From: Macrostomum lignano | Taxonomy: Eukaryota | DNA length: 64,000 bases | Reading direction: 5' to 3' | NCBI GenBank assembly: GCA_002269645.1 | Contig: NIVC01000721.1 | Span: 62,001-126,000 of the forward strand | In this document: positions 14,401 to 24,950 of the stretch, in pieces | Layout of the letters: the number at the start of each line of letters is the position of its first letter | How positions within the stretch are numbered: position 1 is the first letter of the stretch | Notes under the pieces: generated by a model | The model's input: only the letters and a program-made list of their open reading frames with translations | Databases searched by the model: none | Told to the model about the DNA's origin: nothing | Translations under genes and position numbers: made by a program

Positions 14401-17400
14401 CGCAGAGGTTTCTGTACTGGGAGAATGCGCTCGCCATCGTCATTGGCTCGAGACGCTTGTGTGGCCCTCACTGGATGCTGCAGTGTTGGAAAAGACTCGA
14501 TACCTCGATCGCCAAGTTCCGTTGATTCGATGCCGTCTTGGACTGGACGGCGGTGAGGACGTGGATGATGGCCAGGAGTGCGACATCAGTATGAACAGTG
14601 TAGGTCTGGGAAAGACGCGCTACCTTCTCAGCTTGTACAGTCGCTGTCCGTGGCGGCTACCTTTGCTGTGGCTGCTGGTTCAGTGGGCGAGGGCAGCTGG
14701 AATCGTTCGGTCATCAAGTGAGAGCCAGGGCTGATGCCTACAGCCGAGTTTTACGCTCTTGTTCTGCATTGCTTTTCTGAGTTCGACGAAGTCGCAAGCA
14801 ACTTCGAGGAAAGTAATAAATGTCTGCTTGATCTATCATTGTCTGAGCGCCTAGCTTTTTGATGGACCGGCTGACTGATAAAGCTTCGGATGCGAATTTT
14901 GCCTTTTTGGGCAGCTGCATACTACGTTTTGTTCGGTTTTGCAGTGAATTGTCCGGTGCCGTGACGTACAAGTGGCAAAGAGTTGAATCCGCTTCATCGG
15001 TTCAGATTTCGGCTGAGGTCGTTAGAGGCGTGGCGGAACTTGCGGACGTTGCCTCTCGCGTTCTCGTCTACACCCACAGCGCAGCGTCCATTGTGTCTTC
15101 CGCCGCAATTATTTCAAGTCTCTCTGGAAAAGCCATTCGGCTGACACAGCGTTTGCCCGGAATTTTAAGCACTGAAATGTTGCGATCCCTTCGCTTTCAC
15201 GAGACACGTTTGCGCTTGACTACCGGATGTGATTCTGTACAACTGGAAGAGACCACAGGATCGCGCCGACTTCTGATACGGGCAATCGGAGCCCCGTCAG
15301 CTATCGATCGCCTTCGACATGAACTCCGCGAACTGTCTGCTAGATTTGGCTTGTCTGGCAGCTGGACGAGGAAGTACAACAACGGTTTGCGCTACTTTTT
15401 GGAGGGAGGTGGAACCGTCATGGCCACTCGATGTCTTTCAAACAGTTGTCGGATCGAGCTAATTGATCACCTTGGCTCAGTGAATGTTGAGCATCAAATG
15501 CATGATGTTTGCGTTCCGCTGTGTCTCGGGACGGATGGTATTGATTTTACATCATGGACAGATGAAGCCGCGCGTCGCTTATTCGCTCTGATGTGTCGCC
15601 AGTTTTCTCGCCTGCGATCATCCAGGTCTGAATGCCAAGTTTCTGCAATGCTAAAAGACCTGGAACTTTCAGTTCGCGTTGGCCGAGTTTATTTCCTAAA
15701 CGCAACTAACGGTCTTCCTGACAACCGCCGTAGCATATCTCTAGCTGAGCTGGCAGTAGCACTGGCGGCCGGTAAGAAGTTCCGCAAGGGTTGCGAGCGA
15801 CCCGACTTTCGTCGCCGCGATGCCTCCGATGCCACTAGAAAGCATCGCGCAGAGAAAATGGTTAGTCTTGCGGCTCCTGGCGGCGCATCTCAAGAGCCTC
15901 ATCCGCCGCTTAAACCGGAACGGGCTCCGAAGCCAAACCGTCGAAAGAAATACAAACTAGGCGTTGGCTTTCTAGCTGGAATTGTTGCGGATCTGCATCG
16001 AATTAGCACCGGAGCAACCGTAGAAGTCTACGAGAAGGCCCTGAAATCATTAGGCTATGTAGAAATTCCTAAACAGACAGAGCCGGCTCTGACCGGCTGG
16101 AAGGTGTCCGTGCGCTTGAGCGCTTCCTATCAGGCTCACCTGCAGCATGATCTTTCATTGCAGCTAGTGCGAGTCTACGAGCGACCGCTGAATTGTATTT
16201 ACATGAATGTGCTAGACTCTGATAGGCCTGGCGAGAGAAACTCAGCGATTACAGCCTCCAGCACAGCTGACTGTGAAACTGGAAGTCCAAGTGAAGCCAT
16301 CGGATTGGAAAATGCGCCGAGTGAAAAATCGAACTCGCACAAACAGAAAAAGAATAGAAAATTCAAACGCAAGCGCAAAGGCGATAAAAAAGATGGAGAT
16401 GAGTATTATCTCGCTGGTGCGGAACAATCTGCTCGGGATGCAACTCAATCTTTGGACAGAAGAGACGATTTCATTGAAACTCAGGGAGCCGCTGAAACAC
16501 AAACGGTCAGCTCAGGCTTAACAGAGCAGAGGCAGAGCACCAATGTGATGGATGACAGCGCCTGTAGCAATTTAGCAGGCAAACAAGGTAAGACACAAAT
16601 GAAGTCAAAAGGCGTTGTTGCAACCGCTGGAATCATGGAAACTACTTGCGAACAGCGCAAATGTCCAGAAATCGATTGGAGTATACTAAAACATCGAACA
16701 TCAAGAAAGAAAATTGGTGCATGCATTAAAGTCAAAAGCGGAACTGAAAATCTTACAAATGTCAGCACAACCGACGGTGCAACCTCCTCTGAAGTTTTCA
16801 CCGAGGTCGCAACTGGTTGCAGCACTAGCAACGAAGGCTCGTCAGCTAAGACCAACCAGAGGGGTCAAAGAGGTCAAGAACGCGGCCCAAAAGCAGCTGG
16901 CGTAGTGGAAGCTAAAATAGATACGGAAAGTGTGGAATCCTTGGCAGAATCCAAAAGCGACGCGGAACGCTCAGGTGCAGCAGTGAACGTTTTTTCGAAT
17001 GAGAAGAAATCCAATAAAAACTTCACTTTGATGACTCCTGAAAGTGAATTCTCAGCAACAAGCAGACAGAGTGTCGGTGGTGAAGTGGTAGATGCCGCAG
17101 CTGCAATGCCTCCCAGCGAGTTGACTAAGAAAGATGGCAGACGCCAAAGAAAAGCAGCGTCGAACAACAAATCTTCAAGCAGTGTCGATCAGAGACAAAA
17201 GTGCGCCAATGAAGCCGAATTCTGCGGACGACCGAGCACAGTTGATGCCAGCGGCAGAGCTGCAGCTGCCGGCTACCTGGAGCAGCTGGACTTGCACATT
17301 AACCTGGCCGCGTGCGAACCAGTCCGCCCGAGCATGCACCGGGAACTTTTCCCAGACGGTGAAGAGTTTCCCTATCTGGTCCGAGATCCAACCACTGGCA

Positions 17401-17741
17401 AAGTAGTGATCAGCGACCGGGTGCCAAAGTCGCTGACTGTCCTGGTGACGCGTCAGCGGTCGGTTGTTCGTCAATTTCGCCGTTCGAGCAGCGACGCCGA
17501 AGATGTTTGGCCGGAGTTGCGCATCATCAGCGGCTCGCTGCACTTTGGCGGCGACCAAAATCTCGAGGCGCAGCCGGTGTGCGATTTGTCGATGCACTTT
17601 GACCCAGCGCCGCTGCTGACGGCGGCACAGTACGGTCGGTATGGCAACCTCAGCGGCTACTGCAGACGCCTGATGCAGCTCAGCTTGGAACTGACTAGTG
17701 CGCTCAAGGAGCAAATCCGGCTGGCTGCTGGTGATGGTTAG
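8425..17741 (+). CDS. Large fusion protein (~3,050 aa reconstructed): Zn-binding module + Dicer/RIG-I-like DExH helicase + cellular RNA-dependent RNA polymerase + Cid1/TUTase-like nucleotidyltransferase + unassigned C-terminal region
   Basis: Exons 8425-9216, 9295-12294 and 12382-17741. Intron 9217-9294 (gtaagc..ttttag) joins GAHDL|VVITAG; intron 12295-12381 (gtgagt..ttgcag) rebuilds the RdRP motif LTDG|SGKISSELA. Four -1 frameshifts (~12199, ~14283, ~14730, ~14860) must be corrected for a continuous frame. Confidence 0.85.
8930..10350 (+). other. SF2 DExH helicase domain of Dicer/RIG-I-like type (within the fusion gene)
   Basis: Q motif PRTYQLEA; Walker A LPTGSGKT (8995); Ia VERVPLVFQQ; II VIDECHHA (9379); III LGLTASP; V STAVLEEGLDVSACDVVIRFD; VI QSRGRAR (10312). 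No RNase III, PAZ or CARD motifs were seen. Confidence 0.93.
11810..13950 (+). other. Cellular (QDE-1/RDR/EGO-1-type) RdRP catalytic domain (within the fusion gene)
   Basis: VKRAAVTPTRV, RRYRFFSASSGQLR, SRLGLF, LTDGSGKIS, FQFRFGGAKGVL, YRNPCLHPGDVR, catalytic SGGDLDGDQFGVVWD (DLDGD at 13203-13217), QSVAVDFPKTG, YPDFMER, SDKLLGQLYR. Confidence 0.96.
14285..14960 (+). other. Pol-beta-family terminal nucleotidyltransferase, Cid1/GLD-2/TUT-like (within the fusion gene)
   Basis: KVYGSASILVCDEASSDIDLCV matches G[GS]x9-13DxD (Asp codons at 14345 and 14351). It is followed by VPLIRC, the third Asp in ECDISMNSVGLGKTRYLLSLY (14582), LWLLVQWAR and GLMPTAEFYALVLHC, the motif order seen in Cid1/TUT4/7. 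Confidence 0.85.
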
Positions 17742-17835
17742 AGACTACTGCCTTGTTGTATTAGTTTTTTGCTTTCGTCTTCGATTAGCTACTGACAGCT
17801 AGGGCGTTCGTCTTTGTCCTTTTTTATTCACCCTA

Positions 17836-18148
17836 ATAATAATAATATTAGTAGTAATATTAATAATTGATTACACCTGGCCCAATCAACCGACAGCCCA
17901 GCCGCAGCTATTGCGCGGCGCATCTGAAGGCTGCGTACGGCTGTTCAGTCCAAGGACTGGGGGGGGGGCGCCACATACACCCTCAATTACCCCAGCTAAT
18001 GCTGGCACCCATTTTACAGCTGAGTGAGCTAAAGCAATGCAGAGTTAATTGTCTTGCTCAAGCACACATATTGTTCTAATGGGATAGGGAATCGAACCGC
18101 CGACCTTCAAGTCGCGCGAGTCCGACTCTCTAACCACTAGGCGGCAAC
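17836..18148 (-). mobile_element. tRNA-derived SINE with CORE-like body and (ATT)n-type tail
   Basis: The minus strand reads gcctagtggttagagagtcggactc..ggttcgattccc (A box and B box), then ..cacttaactctgcattgctttagctcactcagctgtaaaatgggtgccagc-like body, shared with the copy at 35275. An AAT-rich tail lies at 17836-17870. Confidence 0.75.
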
Positions 18149-19799
18149 CTCCTTCCTCTGAATATCCGAAACTGCACCGTAGCTCCCGACAAGCAAAGTC
18201 AAAGCTGATAACCAACAAACTCATTTTAAACAATCGGTTTAAATAAAAAAAGTTTAAATTTTTTAAAACATCAATTTCTTTTTTTGCTAAACCTTTTCCC
18301 AAGATTTGGGTGTAAAAACCGGTTCATGCACAGCGTGTTGTGTGCGCTTATTTTTTCATTCATGAAGTTAAACAGTACATTTTTAATCCAGCAGAATACT
18401 ATTTCACATTACAAGCTGTCACAGTATTTTTTTTATATACGCTTTGCAGAATCTCAAATTATTTATACGCTCGTACTTTTCGAAACAGCTTCAATTTTAA
18501 GCTGGTTTAACAGTCACGCTCGCATATTCAGTGTTGCATGGGCAGGTCCCGTTGTTAAGCGTTGATCCGTTGGTATCGGAAGTTACCTTTTATAACAATT
18601 AACGAACCATGGTTACTTCTTTAGGGTAACGCAATAACGAATATATACGTTACTTTTTGTTCATTTCCGTTACTCTTTTTTACTTTTATTGTTTGTTCTC
18701 TACAATTTTTCTACGTCTCATTCAATTTGAATGAATAAAAATGATTCTCAAAACATACCGAAATCCATATTGTCAACAGAAATCATTTCATTTCATTTCA
18801 TTATTGGCTTAGGTGAAGAATGACGCAGAGAGGACCATACCCTAAAATCAGTCTGGTGGACAGAGTGAGCTAGGGTGCATGATGTGTGCATGCTTGACTG
18901 CAGGTGATTTGGAGTTTGATGTTTTTGAATTAAATCAAATTGATAGCGAAAAAACCGAATGATCGATATGAATATATGAGCAAACCACCAAATTTGTAAG
19001 TAGCTACTTTCAACAAGTAAGGAGTTACGGATTCACTCTCTGAAAAATGTACGTTATTTTTATCATTTTTAACGGAATCTATGGCTGCCTTTACCACTTT
19101 TACCACTAACGGAAGTAACTTTTTTAATAACTCTGCTAAACACTGGCTATATTAAATTATTCATTCTGTCTACTCTATAACATTCTTTTATTATATAGAT
19201 TTTTCCTATTGCTATTATTGTTCTTGTTTTTTATGTTAAATGTTTCTAAATAACATTTTCATCTCCAGAACCACCTTTTATCCTTTTTTCAGTGCTGTTT
19301 AGTACCAGAATTTCTAGTATAGTTTTCTAGCGAATCAGCTGCTTTTTCTCGAAAGTGATAGTTGTGGATTCTTTTTAGTATTCCATGTACTAAAAATGCT
19401 ACTCACTTAATTAAACAAACCTTAAATTAACGTTTTGATCTAAAATATTTACACCAAGAACTTTGCCTTTTATCAATACCCTGTTTAATTAATAATTTTA
19501 CGAAACATAGACCGGCCTTCTAATTTTTTTCAACCCGAGGAGAACCCCCACTCCTGACTCTCATGATGGTCAGGTAGCAAAGATGTGGTTCAAGACATTC
19601 TTGGGCTGGTAAGTCTATACACCGTTGAATGCACTATTTATTTACATTATTGAACTCTCAGAAAATACATGCAGCTATATGTATGCAATACTTGCTCGCT
19701 TTTGTCTGGAAATGTGTAAATCTATCGGCAGATAAAACGCTGATGACTATCAGAGCCTTTAAGAGATCCCCAGACTAACTCTTAATGACTTTTCTGCCG

Positions 19800-21870
19800 C
19801 CTGGGACTTGGCTTACTTGACTTAGCTGCAGGGGGCGTCCGGCGGATGCCGCTAGGAGGCGGAAGCCCCTGGCAACCAATGACTTCCATCGAAGCGATGT
19901 CGCTCAGAGGGACCCGTCGGTCTCGCCTGCAGCGCGGTCCTCCTCACCGGCGGTGGGAAGAAGTCAGCTCGTCCCGTGTCCCTGAGGTACCGGGCGAGCA
20001 GCGGGATGCTCTCGGGCCTGCAAACGTCGGAGAGAACCGGGTTTGGCCCCGGGTGAGTGAGCCTGGCCCTGGTGAAACCGGGCAGTGGCAGATAAAGTGC
20101 TCGGCGTTTTCACTGCCTGAGCGGCAGAAGGGGCACCGCTCCTCGGGTACCTGGCCCTGAAGGAAGCGGTGGCGAGAGAAACAGTCATGTCTGGAGAGGG
20201 CCATGCTAACTGCTCTGAGGTCTCTGCGGTTGAGCCTGAGGAGAGCTCACGCAAGAGAGGAGAGGGGCAGGGGACGGCAGCACAGGATTGCCTACAATTC
20301 CGGGTGTCGCGCCACCTGCGGCGGTGCTCGGAATCAGCCCAGTGCTTAACATGGGAAATGATCACCGAGGTGGGGATGAAGGCCCCTGGGCCCGGCCCCA
20401 GCAGCGCGCCGGCGGAGCCAGCCTTAGCCAGCAGGTCAGCGCGCTCGCTGCCGAGGAAACCAGCGTGGCCCGGGATCCATCTGAGCTCCACCTGGTTGCC
20501 TAGCGCAAGCCCATTGAGCTGGACATTGCAGTCCTGCAGGACAGATCTGGAGCTGGTGGTGCTGTGGCAGAGGGCCCGAAGGGCTGCTTGGCTGTCAGAG
20601 TGAAAAATAAACTTCCGACCGCTGAGCTGCCTTCGGCGCAGCTCTGCCGCGCAGGAGCTGATGGCAAGCACCTCGGTCTGAAAAAACACTGGAGTTGAGT
20701 CCAGTGTGCTGGGAGTAGCTCCACACTACTTCTCCCTTGAAGAAGACGCAAGCTCCGAAGCCTGAAAGACCATGCCGAATAGTGACCTTATACCAGGTAC
20801 CTTTGGCTCAGGAGAAGGGTGGCTGGGATCGAGTCCGTGAGGATGTTGAGCCCGCCACACTCCTCGAGAGCCTTGAGGCAGAGGTCAGAGTGCGGGATAA
20901 GCGACCGCTTCTTAAAGGCCCGCACTTTCTTGAAAGCCACGCCAGCATCTAGAAGACGCCGGGTGCTCTTCGCCGCCTCTCCTTTGATATAAATATCCAG
21001 AGGAATGCATTCATGCCTTCAAAAGGGATGAGGGTGGAGCGCCCATAGTCATGCGGCAGGCTCTGCCCTGGATTTTGTAGAGAGCGTCGAGGTTGCTCTT
21101 GACGCTCAGGCCGCTGGCCCATACGAGGCTGGCGTAACTGATCGAGGGCGGATAATGGCTGTGTAAATCCAGCACAGCTTCCTGGGGGTGAGCCCCCAGG
21201 TGGTGCCCACGGCGCGCCTGATTTGAGCCAGGACAACCAGGGCTTTTTGGCTTTAGTTTGAATGTGCGGAGTCCAGTTTAACCTGTGGTCCAGAGTGAGA
21301 CCCAGGCAGCGGACCTGCTTCTCCATGGTATTATGCTTTCCATAGAGGGTGAGTGGGTTCATGGTCCAGAGCAGTTTGTTGGTAAAAATGACCGCTGTGG
21401 TTTTCGACTCTGAGAGTCTAAGGCCAGATTGGCTTGCCCAACGCTCCGCTCGTCTCAGAAAGCCCTGCAGAAGGTCTCTGGTGGTATCAACCGAGGGGCC
21501 CGCGCACATCGCGGTCACATCATCGGCATAGCCTTTATGTGACCTTGAGAATGGGGTCATGGAGATCACTGCAAAGCAACTCATCCATGACCATGTTCTA
21601 AAGAACGGGGTGAGAACCCCGCCCTGGGGGCCCCCCTGGACAGCAGGACAGGCGCCGTAAGAGAGCTGCCGTTCAGGTGGGCCACGACAGTGCGGTTCCG
21701 GATCATGAACATGATCCACCAGACAAGGTGAGGGTGCATGGCCCTGGATTCCAGGGCTCTGCAAAAGGCCTCGAAAATGACATTGTCGCCGCCTGGGACA
21801 GCACCTAACGGCATCATGTCTGGCGTATGGCTTGCATGAGTTTAGAATTCGACTCATCGATATGTTGATT
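19800..21870 (-). mobile_element. 5'-truncated, frameshifted non-LTR retrotransposon with RT, RNase H and C-terminal zinc finger (I/R1/LOA-like group)
   Basis: RT motifs PQGGVLTP, YADD and LGLTLDHRLNWTPHI. RNase H FHSDSQAAL..LRWIPGHAGFLGSERADLLAK. C-terminal CPFC..EHFICHCP. Split over several frames. Confidence 0.9.
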
Positions 21871-22024
21871 GACTGTTAACTGCATCACTTCGGTCCACTG
21901 CGACCGTCGCCTGAAAAAGAAAAAACTTCAAAAAACCTTTATGATCAAATCTAGTGCTCATCCTAAATTGTGCTCCAATTCAAACTGAGTCGTAGCAGAA
22001 TCAGTAACTGTTCATTTGAAATTC

Positions 22025-24950
22025 TGTCACGGACAGAAGGACTTGTTTTCTCTATGGCCGCCCAGACTGTTATAATTGCGCATCACACTGTTTTGTTTGT
22101 GTGCCTACGGCAGACGAAGAGTACATAACCTTCTTTTCTCGCTCGCTCGGCCGTTAGACGAGCCGCCACATTAGTGAGCCCGACTTTTCTCAAATCGTGT
22201 GATTTGAGAATGCCAGAGCACACAGCAACCAGCGCTAACACAGTTGACGCAGCTGCCGACGTCACAGAACATGAACCTGTCATCGCTACTGGCATCAGCA
22301 CAGCAGCCAGCGCTTTTAACGATGCGAGCAGCAACACAACTGTCAGTGCAGTAGCGCTCAAGCTGCCTCTATGCATTTTGGGACTCCCAGCCCCGAGCAT
22401 GGTTTATCCTAGCCGAGGCTCAGTCCACACTCGGGGCGTCATGCAGGACGCAACCAAATACTACTATCTAGTCGCAGCGCTAGACCAACAGTCCGCAGAA
22501 CGTTTCTTCGATGTTCTCGAGAACCCCCCCCCCCCCCCCTACTGAAGACAAGTACGGGCAGGGCAGTTGAAGGCTCGCCTGCTTGTTGGCACTTTCGGTT
22601 TATAGAGGCAACAAAAGGCCAATCGATTGCTCAGCATAACCGGCCCCGGTGATCATCGTCTGTCTGAGCTAATGGACGAAATGTTGGCGTTGCTGGGTGA
22701 CCACTCACCCTGCATGCTTTTTGAAGAATTGTTCCGTCAGCAGCTACATGTACCGGCCAACATCCGTACGGCGTTGGTCTCCGCGGATTGCAAGGAACCC
22801 CGATCGGCGGCACTACTCGCGGACAAGCTTTAGGCCAGTCGACCTCAGCCAGCGATGGCGGTGATTCAGCAGCCCGACCAGCCTATGGTCACGGTCGCCC
22901 ATGAGAGTCGTGTCAACCGTTTTGACAGGGGTCAGCCACCACAGCGCCACTCTGAGGAAGCCAGCGGTCTTTGCTTTTTACAAAAGAAGTTCGGTGGGAA
23001 GGCCAGGCGATGCTAAGTCCCGTGTAGGTTTCAGGGAAATGGGCAGGCCGGCCTCAGTAAACAGCTCGGCGGCCGGCAGCAGCAGTCTACTCCTCGTCCC
23101 GGATTTGCAGACAGGCCGGCGTTTTCTTGTTGACACCGGTGCCGAAGTTGGCATCTTTCCGATCACCGGAGCATATGCCCGAATGCTGCGCCAAGGCCCA
23201 TCGCTCTACGCCGTCAACGGTAGTCAAATCCGAACTTTTGGCACCCGTCAGCTCACTCTGGACCTAGGCATCCGGCGTTGCTCTCGGCCATTCATTCTGG
23301 CTGCGGTTCAGCAACCACTGATCGGCATGGATTTTCTCCGGCATCATGGTCTGCTGGTGGACCTTCCGCATCGGCGTCTGCTCGATGCTCACTCGCTTTC
23401 CAGCGTGCACCTAACTGACAGTATGGGGCCGGGCCTGCAGCTCGCTGGAGAAGTTAGCAGTGGCCAAGAAAGAGTTCCGACTCTTGAAGCAGCTCGGCAT
23501 CGTGCGCCGGTCCAACAGCCAATGGTGACGCTTTACATGGTGCCCAGCAGCCCAAGGCCTCGCACCTGGCCGCTTGTCCAATTTTCTCAAAGATTGCATT
23601 GTGCGCGGTTACCACCAGGTGCCAGTGATGGCTGCAGATGTGCCCAAGACCGCCGTCGTCACCCCGTTCGCCTTTTTGAATTCCTGCGAATGGCATTCTG
23701 TTTTAAAAACGAGGCCCAGGCTTTTCAGCGCCTGGTGGACTCTATCTGCCAGGATCTGGATTTCGTTTTCGCTTATATAGACGATTTCCTGGTGGCCAGC
23801 AGCAATCTACCTGCTGTTCCAGCGACTCTCCAGCAGCGGCCTCCTAATCAATCCGGCAAAGTGTCAGTTCGGCCGCAGAGAGATCGACTTAACTGAATCA
23901 CTGAGAATCAACACTCAGGGAGCTGTGCCGCTGCCTGCCAAGGTCGAGGCCATCGCTCGTTTTTCACCACCCTCCACGTCAAAGGCCTGCAGGATTCCGT
24001 CGGCATGGTGAATTTCTACCACCGGTTTGTGCCGCGGGCTGCACAGCTGTTGCGACCCATCCACGCAGCCACCGCCGGCAAAAACAAGCTTGTCTACTGG
24101 ACACCCGAATTGACGATCGCCTTTATTAATGCTAAGCAGGCGTTGGCAGGCACTGCCATGTTGGCACACTCGCTGACCCATGCGCCCATTGGCCTCACCG
24201 TGGATGCATCAGATTTCGCCGTCGGAGCTGCATTGGAGCAACGGGTGGGCAACGCTTGGAAGCCCCTTGCTTTCTTCAGCCGGCAACTACGCACCCCCGA
24301 ACAGAAGTACAGCGCTTTCGACCGCGTGCTGCTCGCCCTATACTTGGCGGTCCGACATTTTCGCTACTTCCTAGAAGGCTGAGTTTTCACCGTCCACTCA
24401 CCATAAGCCGCTGGTCGCCGCCATGTCGAAAATGTCGGATCCTTGCTCAGCAAGGCAGCAGCACCACCTGGCTTATGTGTCCGAATTCACCACGAATATC
24501 CAACATGTGGCAGGCAAGGACAACGCAGCAGTGGACGCGCACGGTGGATTCTGTTCAGCCCCAGTTCCTCCCTGGTGTTGATTTCATGGGAATGGCCAAG
24601 GTGCAGCAGGCGGATCCAGCGAACCAGACCAGCAGCAGCCTCCGGCTAGCGCAGGTGCAATTCGGTCCCAGGTTGGATTTGTTGTGCGACACCTCCACCG
24701 GCCGACCGTGCCTATTCGTTCCGCCGGGTTTTCGCCGTGCCGTATTGGATGCCATTCACGGCCTCTCGCACCCGTCCGTCCGCAGCACGGCAATCATCAG
24801 ACTGTCGGATAGCTGGATGTTCCGCTATCCGGACATGTCCCTTATCCCTGCCGGGCAGTTGCGCATTCAGATCTTCGAAGTTTCGAATCCGACACCATCC
24901 GTCCACCGCCTCTGGAGAAGTGTAAGCCGGTAAGCGGGAGCTCTGCGTGG
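22025..24950 (+). mobile_element. Decayed, internally deleted Ty3/Gypsy LTR retrotransposon (CsRn1/Kabuki-like gag)
   Basis: Putative 5' LTR TG..CA at 22025-22170, followed by a PBS-like ttagtgagcccgac. gag ALKLP../TKYYYLVAALDQ; protease FLVDTGAEV; RT fragments FAYIDDFLVAS; RNase H LTVDASDFAVGAALEQ..PLAFFSRQL; integrase start IHGLSHPSVR. Many stops and frameshifts; no 3' LTR found. Confidence 0.88.

Noticed and set aside
18085-18145. Genuine tRNA gene (also at ~35275-35340)
   Set aside because: A and B boxes are present but there is no proper acceptor stem, and the sequence continues into a shared SINE body.
18529-19145. Possible cagtgtt-ended hAT-like element
   Set aside because: Terminal similarity is only ~7-8 bp and there is no TSD.
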